IMG/VR virus record: IMGVR_UViG_3300021599_001487
Reading direction: 5' to 3' (one strand)
From: an uncultured virus (IMG/VR IMGVR_UViG_3300021599_001487)
Lineage: Duplodnaviria; Heunggongvirae; Uroviricota; Caudoviricetes
Length of the DNA: 64,000 nucleotides
This document shows, in pieces, positions 57,872-64,000 of the stretch. Made by a program: the position numbers and the translations under genes. How positions within the stretch are numbered: position 1 is the stretch's first letter; each line of letters begins with the position of its first letter. The notes below the pieces were generated by a model. It ran no database searches, was not told where the DNA came from, and saw only the letters and a list, made by a program, of their open reading frames with translations.

Positions 57872-58534
57872 ATGGCAACCACATTAAAGCCCTTTGGTCT
57901 GAAGCCCGTGTACCACCCAAGTGGTCTTGATCGTGCAACTCCTTTTGTTGGCACGAACTCATACACCACCGGTAGTACATACACGGCGCCTTACTCGTTG
58001 TCTGGTGGACAAGCTTTCTACCAGTACCAGCCGGTATCGCTGACCGCGTCGGGTGAACTGACCATCGCCGCATCGGCCGCCGCCTCTGGCACCGTATATG
58101 GCGTATTTGACGGCGTCGAGTTTACCGACTCGCAAGGCCGTCGCTCCGTAGCCAAGTGGGCATCCAAGCTTACGCTTGACGCCTCCTCGGACATCGTCTT
58201 TTGGGTCTTTACCGATCCTGAGGTCGTGTATGAGGCACAGGTAAATGGCTCCGCCACTACCGCCTCCATCGGACAGCAGTACAACTTTGAGACCGCATCG
58301 GGCATGACGCCCGCGAGTGGCACGGCTATCGGCAACGGTGGCGCTGGCTTCTCGACCTGCGCGCTGAATGACACCGCCGTCGGCAGTGGCAACCAGGGCC
58401 AGGTTCGTGTTGTTGGTCTGGGCCGTGAGGCTGCTTACCCCTCTGGCGAAACAAACGCCTGGGGTGATGCCTACACGATTTTACAAGTAAAGATCGCAAA
58501 CAACTCGTTTGTGTATCCGAAGGTTTCGGTCTAA
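57872..58534 (+). CDS. Putative capsid decoration/cement protein
   Basis: PFGLKPV, GVF.GVEFTD and DP..VYE.Q; immediately before the major capsid gene. Confidence 0.6.
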   Translation: MATTLKPFGLKPVYHPSGLDRATPFVGTNSYTTGSTYTAPYSLSGGQAFYQYQPVSLTASGELTIAASAAASGTVYGVFDGVEFTDSQGRRSVAKWASKLTLDASSDIVFWVFTDPEVVYEAQVNGSATTASIGQQYNFETASGMTPASGTAIGNGGAGFSTCALNDTAVGSGNQGQVRVVGLGREAAYPSGETNAWGDAYTILQVKIANNSFVYPKVSV

Positions 58535-58557
58535 TTAACGAAAGAAAGGATTAAGCA

Positions 58558-59475
58558 ATGGCAGCCCCAATGCGTAGTACGGACTTTCGTGCGGTAGTCG
58601 AGCCGATTATCAACGAAGTCTTTGACGGTGTTTACGATCAACGTGATGATGAGTGGAAAGGGTTTGTGACCCAGATCCAGGGTATCCCCCGCAATTATCA
58701 CGAAGAAGTCATGCTGTTCGGTATGAACGCAGCGCCCGCAATGCCAGACGGAACCCCGGTTTCGTATGACCAAGGCGGTACGCTGTACATCACCCGATTC
58801 ATTTATCAGATCTATGGCCTGGCATACGCCCTGACCAAGGTACTGATGGAAGACGGCGATCATATCCGCATCGGCAGCACCTTCGCCAAGCACCTGGCTC
58901 AGTCGATGATTGAGACCAAGGAGACCCTGTGCGCCAACCTGCTGAACTTCGCGTTCACCGGTGGATACACCGGCGGTGACGGCGTGACGTTGAACAACAA
59001 CGCACACCCCGTCGCTAACGGCTTGACCTACAGCAACGTCTTGGCAACCCCCGCCAACCTGTCCCAGACATCGGTTGAGCAGATGCTCATCCAGATCCGC
59101 GGCGCTATTGACAACAATGGCAAGCGTATCCGTCTGAAGGCAGAGCAGCTGATTGTTCCGCCGGCTCTCGAGTTTCAGGCTGAGGTTATCCTCAAGTCTG
59201 TCCTCCGCTCCGGTACGGCCGACAACGATCTGAACCCGATCAAGTCGACTGGTATGCTCCCGAAGGGCGCCCACGTGGTGACCCGTCTGAGCTCTACCAA
59301 GGCATGGTGGGTACAGACCGACGCCGAGAACGGTCTGATGCTGGTAATGCGTCGCCCCATGGAGAAATCTATGGAAGGCGATTTTGAGACCGACTCCATG
59401 CGCTACAAGGCTACGGAGCGTTACGCCACTGGCTGGCACGACGCACGTAACATCTACGGCACGCCTGGCGTCTAA
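58558..59475 (+). CDS. Major capsid protein
   Basis: 305 aa; EP.IN.VF, ETKE...AN.LN, GGDGV.L...HP, L.VPP.L, DFETD..RYKATERY..GW; followed by a terminator. Confidence 0.88.
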   Translation: MAAPMRSTDFRAVVEPIINEVFDGVYDQRDDEWKGFVTQIQGIPRNYHEEVMLFGMNAAPAMPDGTPVSYDQGGTLYITRFIYQIYGLAYALTKVLMEDGDHIRIGSTFAKHLAQSMIETKETLCANLLNFAFTGGYTGGDGVTLNNNAHPVANGLTYSNVLATPANLSQTSVEQMLIQIRGAIDNNGKRIRLKAEQLIVPPALEFQAEVILKSVLRSGTADNDLNPIKSTGMLPKGAHVVTRLSSTKAWWVQTDAENGLMLVMRRPMEKSMEGDFETDSMRYKATERYATGWHDARNIYGTPGV

Positions 59476-59493
59476 TCAAGGCCAAGCAGTAAG

Positions 59494-59524
59494 AGCCCCG
59501 AAGAGAAATCTTCGGGGCTTTTTT
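59494..59524 (+). terminator. Intrinsic terminator after the capsid gene
   Basis: AGCCCCGAAGA-GAAA-TCTTCGGGGCT followed by a T run. Confidence 0.9.
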
Positions 59525-59640
59525 ATTGGCAATTCTGCATAAGTAGAGATAGGAAGATTTAGCCCCTCACAGACAGCCGACACTTCCCGGCTGACGGCTT
59601 AGAGACTGCTTGGGGCACCCACTAAGCAAGGAACAGAACA

Positions 59641-60132
59641 ATGTCACGCACGACTTTTTCGGGACCAGTCGCGTCCCAAAACGGCTTTATCAGCATCGCA
59701 GCAACCTCTGAGAAGACCCTCACCATCCTGGCACCTGCCGCGCTGTCGGCCGATACCACCCTGACCTTCCCCAACGGGGCGGGATCAAACGGGCAGGTAC
59801 TCACGACCAACGGAACCGGCACCCTGACCTGGACCACCAACGGCGCCGGCACCGTAACCTCCGTCGCCACGGCGGGCACCGTCAACGGACTTACGCTGAC
59901 CGGCGGCCCGATCACCTCCACCGGCACGATCACGCTCGGTGGCCAGTTTGCCCTCCCGACATCGACCGCGGCAGCCGTTGCCGACATCACTAATGCAATC
60001 AACACCACCGGCAAGTACACCGGGAAGATGGTCGTTGACTACTCAAGCGGAATCATCTACACCGCCGTCGGTGCAACCGCAGGCTCTGACTGGGCCCCGT
60101 CTGACGCCAGCGGCCTCGTGACTCCCGTTTAA
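59641..60132 (+). CDS. Virion structural protein
   Basis: MSRTTFSGPV.S.NGF start and GQVLTTNG.G.L.W fibre motif. Confidence 0.65.
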   Translation: MSRTTFSGPVASQNGFISIAATSEKTLTILAPAALSADTTLTFPNGAGSNGQVLTTNGTGTLTWTTNGAGTVTSVATAGTVNGLTLTGGPITSTGTITLGGQFALPTSTAAAVADITNAINTTGKYTGKMVVDYSSGIIYTAVGATAGSDWAPSDASGLVTPV

Positions 60133-60208
60133 TTAGGAGCGGACCATGCGTCAAACGACCGTTTAAGATGGCGGGGCAACCCGCCTCTTTCACCGTTCAG
60201 GAGAAATT

Positions 60209-60520
60209 ATGAGACAGCAAGTCGTATCACAAACTGGAGTTGGTTCCAGCGCCACCATCCCAATGAATTTGGATTCAACCCCATTTAATGTTGGCTTTGG
60301 TGTTGTCGCAACCGGCACGGTAACTTATACCGTTCAACATTCATTTGACAACCCTTGGACCACAGCAAGTCCGACTTGGTTTGATCACCCAACAGTTCAG
60401 GGCATCATATCAACAGACGCCGACGGCAACTATGCGTTCCCGGTGGCTGCAATTAAGGTTGCGGTTGTATCTGGCGCAGGTACTGCCACACTTACAGTAA
60501 TCCAAGCCGGTATCGCTTAA
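60209..60520 (+). CDS. Hypothetical structural protein
   Basis: Beta-rich, YTVQHSFD motif, RBS AGGAG. Confidence 0.6.
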   Translation: MRQQVVSQTGVGSSATIPMNLDSTPFNVGFGVVATGTVTYTVQHSFDNPWTTASPTWFDHPTVQGIISTDADGNYAFPVAAIKVAVVSGAGTATLTVIQAGIA

Positions 60521-60521
60521 T

Positions 60522-60761
60522 ATGCCATACGTTGGTTTTAGCGGGGTAGCAAATCAAGCAAACACTAGCGACGGGTTCGCTCTTGGTGTTGGTGCTCGTA
60601 ATGACCCTGCAGAGCCAACATACGGCGATAATGTAGGTAATGGTGGTGTTGTGGATCTTTACAGCAACGGAACACCAGTTGTTGACAGTTTTATACTAAT
60701 GGAAAACTCGGGCTATGTGCTCGAGCAAAATGACTTCAAAATTCAATTAGAGGTAGGCTAA
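60522..60761 (+). CDS. Hypothetical protein
   Basis: C-terminal ILME.SGY.L.Q....I.LE fibre-anchor-like motif. Confidence 0.55.
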   Translation: MPYVGFSGVANQANTSDGFALGVGARNDPAEPTYGDNVGNGGVVDLYSNGTPVVDSFILMENSGYVLEQNDFKIQLEVG

Positions 60762-60762
60762 C

Positions 60763-61362
60763 ATGGCTGACACAAAAATATCGGCAATGCCGAACGCAAC
60801 AACGCCTTTAACTGGTGCGGAGTTAGTTCCGTTAGTACAATCTGGCGTTAATGTAAAATCAACAATTTCTGCATACAACGACTTTGTCCGTGATAGTTAT
60901 TTTAACCACGGCGCGTTTAGTAGTAACGCAGACCAAACTGGCAGCATCACCGCCGGAACCGCGATGACATTTACATCCACGGATATTACTGGCGGGGTTA
61001 CATTAGCAAGCGGTAGTCGATTAACTGTGCCCGTAACTGGAGATTATAACGTTCAGTTTAGCGCGCAATTTGAAAACATAGAAAATACGCAAGAGATAGT
61101 AACCGTTTGGTTCCGTGTTAACGGCGTAGACGTACCAAAATCTGCAACTAACGTAACAATTCCGGCCCGTAAAAACGCTTTTACTAACGGCTATGGTGTA
61201 GCCTCTTGGAATATTTTTATTAGTATGACAGCGGGTCAGTACGTTGAAATTGTTTGGTTGCCGGCGGTTGCCACAGTCACTCTTCAACAGCTTCCTGCTA
61301 GCGTGACACCTGCGTATCCCGCAATTCCTTCAGTAATTGCGACAGTTAACCAAATAAGCTAA
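60763..61362 (+). CDS. Fibre/spike protein with C1q/BclA-like C-terminal domain
   Basis: MADTKISAMP.A..PL.G.E.VP.VQ.G start; TGDYN.QFSAQ and W.RVNG.D. Confidence 0.6.
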   Translation: MADTKISAMPNATTPLTGAELVPLVQSGVNVKSTISAYNDFVRDSYFNHGAFSSNADQTGSITAGTAMTFTSTDITGGVTLASGSRLTVPVTGDYNVQFSAQFENIENTQEIVTVWFRVNGVDVPKSATNVTIPARKNAFTNGYGVASWNIFISMTAGQYVEIVWLPAVATVTLQQLPASVTPAYPAIPSVIATVNQIS

Positions 61363-61365
61363 CAA

Positions 61366-61707
61366 ATGCCGGTATACCTTGACACCCGAGGTAACAGTGT
61401 ATTGTCTGTGGCGATCTGTGATCGCTGCAACAGGAAGTTTCCGTACGTCGATTTAATGCCAGACCCAAACTTCCCTGGCATGCGCGTGTGCATGGACGAC
61501 AAGGATCAGTACGATCCTTGGCGCCTGCCGGCGCGTCAGACTGAAAACATTGCGCTTCGCCACCCACGGCCCGACCAGAACATTGCGATTGATAATAAGC
61601 ACATCATCACGCAGGGCGCGCCCAACGCCGCAGGCGATTCCATCTTCAACGACCAGGTACCGCCCGAGTCTACGACAGCGGGCACGTCTGGTGACCTAGA
61701 GTACTAA
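61366..61707 (+). CDS. Small zinc-finger-like protein
   Basis: AICDRC...F and RVC...D..DP.....LR.PRPD. Confidence 0.6.
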   Translation: MPVYLDTRGNSVLSVAICDRCNRKFPYVDLMPDPNFPGMRVCMDDKDQYDPWRLPARQTENIALRHPRPDQNIAIDNKHIITQGAPNAAGDSIFNDQVPPESTTAGTSGDLEY

Positions 61708-61710
61708 ACC

Positions 61711-63012
61711 ATGGCCGATCGTTCCATAACCCAACTGCCAGTATCAAACCCGCTGTCTGGTACCGAGGTCACCGTCATCGTACAGAACGGCATCTCAAAG
61801 CAGACGCAGCTGTCAGACATTGCCGCCCTTGGCGGCGCCGTTGGTCCAACCGGGCCGGTCGGCCCCGCGGGACCCACCGGACCCGTTGGCGGTCCAGGAC
61901 CCACCGGGCCACTCGGGCCTACCGGGCCGCTTGGGCCCACGGGCCCAACTGGTCCCACCGGACCCACGGGGGACCCATCCACCGTGCCCGGACCTACCGG
62001 AGACACCGGCCCCACGGGACCATCGGGGCCCCTTGGACCGCCCGGGCCCATTGGGCCTACGGGACCCACCGGACCCACGGGGGACCCATCCACCGTGCCC
62101 GGACCCACCGGACCCACCGGAGACACAGGACCCACCGGACCCACGGGGGACCCATCCACCGTGCCCGGACCCACCGGACCCACCGGCCCACAGGGGGACT
62201 CCACGACGTTCTTCCCGTACAAGACAAAGACCACGTCGCTAAGCGGGGACCCTGGCCATACGTACCTTCTTTGGAACGACGCGACGCAAATAAACGCGAC
62301 GCAGGTAAACGTCAGCCACATCGACAAGGACAACGTCGACGTTGACATATTTTTGGCGCTGCTACAGCAGGGCCAGAAGTTTACGATACAGGACGCGACG
62401 GTAAGCGCCAACTACCAGACCTGGCTCATAAGCGGGCCGCCGGTGAACGTGAACCCGGGGCTATCGACCAGCTACTGGGAGTACCCCGTGACGCTGGTCT
62501 CATCGGGCGGCACCGGCACGACCAACTTCCCCAACGACCACAACGTCATCTTTGCCGTCGTGTCCGGCATCGTCGGGCCCACGGGACCCACCGGAGACCC
62601 TTCGACAGTTCCAGGCCCCACGGGACCCACCGGCGACACCGGCCCCACGGGACCCAGCGTCACGGGGCCCACGGGACCAAACTACGGCTCCCGCGTCGTG
62701 GCCGTCGCAGACGCGACGTCCATCACAATGGACGCCGACACGACCGACATGGCGACGCAGGCAAACACCCAGGCCGCCGGCACCTTGACCATCAACGCCC
62801 CCACCGGAACGCCAACAAACGGACAGAAGATAATGCTAAGGCTGACGTCTACCAACGTTCAGACCTTCTCATGGAACGCCATATTCCAGGGGTCGACGCA
62901 GCTGCCGCTGCCTACGGTATCATCCGGGTCATCCCGGGTAGACTACCTGGGCTTTATCTACAACTCAACCGCCACCAAGTGGCAGATCATTACACGAATC
63001 TTTGGGTTCTAA
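61711..63012 (+). CDS. Collagen-like tail fibre protein
   Basis: Long (GPT)n Gly-X-Y repeats interrupted by DPSTVP. Confidence 0.88.
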   Translation: MADRSITQLPVSNPLSGTEVTVIVQNGISKQTQLSDIAALGGAVGPTGPVGPAGPTGPVGGPGPTGPLGPTGPLGPTGPTGPTGPTGDPSTVPGPTGDTGPTGPSGPLGPPGPIGPTGPTGPTGDPSTVPGPTGPTGDTGPTGPTGDPSTVPGPTGPTGPQGDSTTFFPYKTKTTSLSGDPGHTYLLWNDATQINATQVNVSHIDKDNVDVDIFLALLQQGQKFTIQDATVSANYQTWLISGPPVNVNPGLSTSYWEYPVTLVSSGGTGTTNFPNDHNVIFAVVSGIVGPTGPTGDPSTVPGPTGPTGDTGPTGPSVTGPTGPNYGSRVVAVADATSITMDADTTDMATQANTQAAGTLTINAPTGTPTNGQKIMLRLTSTNVQTFSWNAIFQGSTQLPLPTVSSGSSRVDYLGFIYNSTATKWQIITRIFGF

Positions 63013-63014
63013 TC

Positions 63015-63269
63015 ATGCTGCAGATAACGTTTGAGAAGACGCTGGACAGCCACGGCATAGTATTCCGTGACGCGATAGTTTTGCCAGACGACCACGGCCT
63101 GACACAGGACGAGATTGAGGCCATCAAGGACCAAAGGTTCCAGGCATGGGCCGATGCCGTTTTAAACCCCCCAGAGCCCGAGGAGAGCCCGCACCCGTTG
63201 CTTCCGCCACCGGCGGAGCCCCCGCCCGAACCTTCGGAGCCCCCGCAACTTCCCCCATTGGAGGCCTAG
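63015..63269 (+). CDS. Small hypothetical protein with Pro-rich tail
   Basis: F.DAI.LPDDH.LT..EI..IK..RF..W. Confidence 0.6.
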   Translation: MLQITFEKTLDSHGIVFRDAIVLPDDHGLTQDEIEAIKDQRFQAWADAVLNPPEPEESPHPLLPPPAEPPPEPSEPPQLPPLEA

Positions 63270-64000
63270 ATGGCGGACAGGTACTGGGTGGGCGGGACGG
63301 GGAGCTGGACCAACTCATCTACAACCAACTGGTCGACCAGCTCTGGCGGCGCCAGCGGCGCCTCGGCCCCCACAACCTCGGACGATGTATACTTTGACGC
63401 CAACTCAAACGTAGGCACCGGCTCGTTCACGGTAACGACAAGCTCGACCCCAAACTGCCGAAATTTGACAATACAGAGCCTAGATGGGGCCATGACCCTG
63501 GCCGGAACCACCAACTTGACCGTGGCGGGTTCGATATTTTTCTCTGGCTCAAACCTCACCTACACCAGGACCGGGGACCTGGTACTGGCCCCCACAAGTA
63601 ACTCTTTTGTGACCACAAACGGCGTCTCGCTGGCCTCCGGAGGGGTGGTTATAAACACAACCGGCGCGTCTACCACTACCCTTGGCAGCAGCTTGACTTG
63701 TGCTGGGTTTACAGTAACGGACGGGGCGTTTATTACCAACAACTGGAATTTAACGTGCACCTTTTTTTCGTCAACCGGCTCCGCCACGCGGTCCATAACG
63801 CTCGGCACTTCGACCATAGCCTGCAGCAGTAGTTTTGCTTTAAGCAGCACCAACCTTACGTTCTCTGGCGCAAGCTCAGACATTGTACTGTCCGGCGGCA
63901 GTGTTTTCTTTACCGGTGCTGGCCAGACCTTTGGAACGGTAAGGTTTACAAACAACTCCGCCTCGATTCCAGCGCTTACAATAAGTGGCGCCAACACGTT
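63270..64000 (+). CDS. N-terminal part of a tail fibre/adhesin (runs off the window)
   Basis: MADRYWVGG.G.W......WST.SGGA.GA..PT.SDDV.FDANS, paralogous to 2977..6744; no stop before the window end. Confidence 0.8.
   Translation, partial: MADRYWVGGTGSWTNSSTTNWSTSSGGASGASAPTTSDDVYFDANSNVGTGSFTVTTSSTPNCRNLTIQSLDGAMTLAGTTNLTVAGSIFFSGSNLTYTRTGDLVLAPTSNSFVTTNGVSLASGGVVINTTGASTTTLGSSLTCAGFTVTDGAFITNNWNLTCTFFSSTGSATRSITLGTSTIACSSSFALSSTNLTFSGASSDIVLSGGSVFFTGAGQTFGTVRFTNNSASIPALTISGANT

Overview
The window is essentially a complete ~64 kb tailed dsDNA bacteriophage genome with podovirus-like architecture (no tape measure or sheath gene seen). It probably closes into a circle in frame at the window ends. 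Plus strand 48.6-64 kb and 1-25.8 kb: terminase, portal, GroES-like chaperonin, scaffold, capsid, fibres/adhesins, glycosyltransferase, lysis genes, tail and probable ejected internal virion proteins. Minus strand 25.8-47.7 kb: replication genes (PolA, class II RNR, SSB, Cas4-like nuclease, SNF2 helicase, PrimPol-D5 helicase), a sigma-like factor and a repeat-punctuated array of small early genes. Most notable: (1) an ACP + ketoacyl synthase + putative acyltransferase cassette coupled to the internal virion genes, plus a separate AcpS, suggesting phage-encoded acylation; (2) two canonical hammerhead ribozymes flanking one small early gene; (3) an 81-nt tmRNA reduced to its tRNA-like domain; (4) further structured RNAs including a pseudoknot; (5) a phage-specific promoter motif with a sigma factor lacking region 4; (6) a recurrent [FYM]xxGG motif that delimits modules in virion proteins. 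All product calls come from motif recognition by eye, with no database searches.
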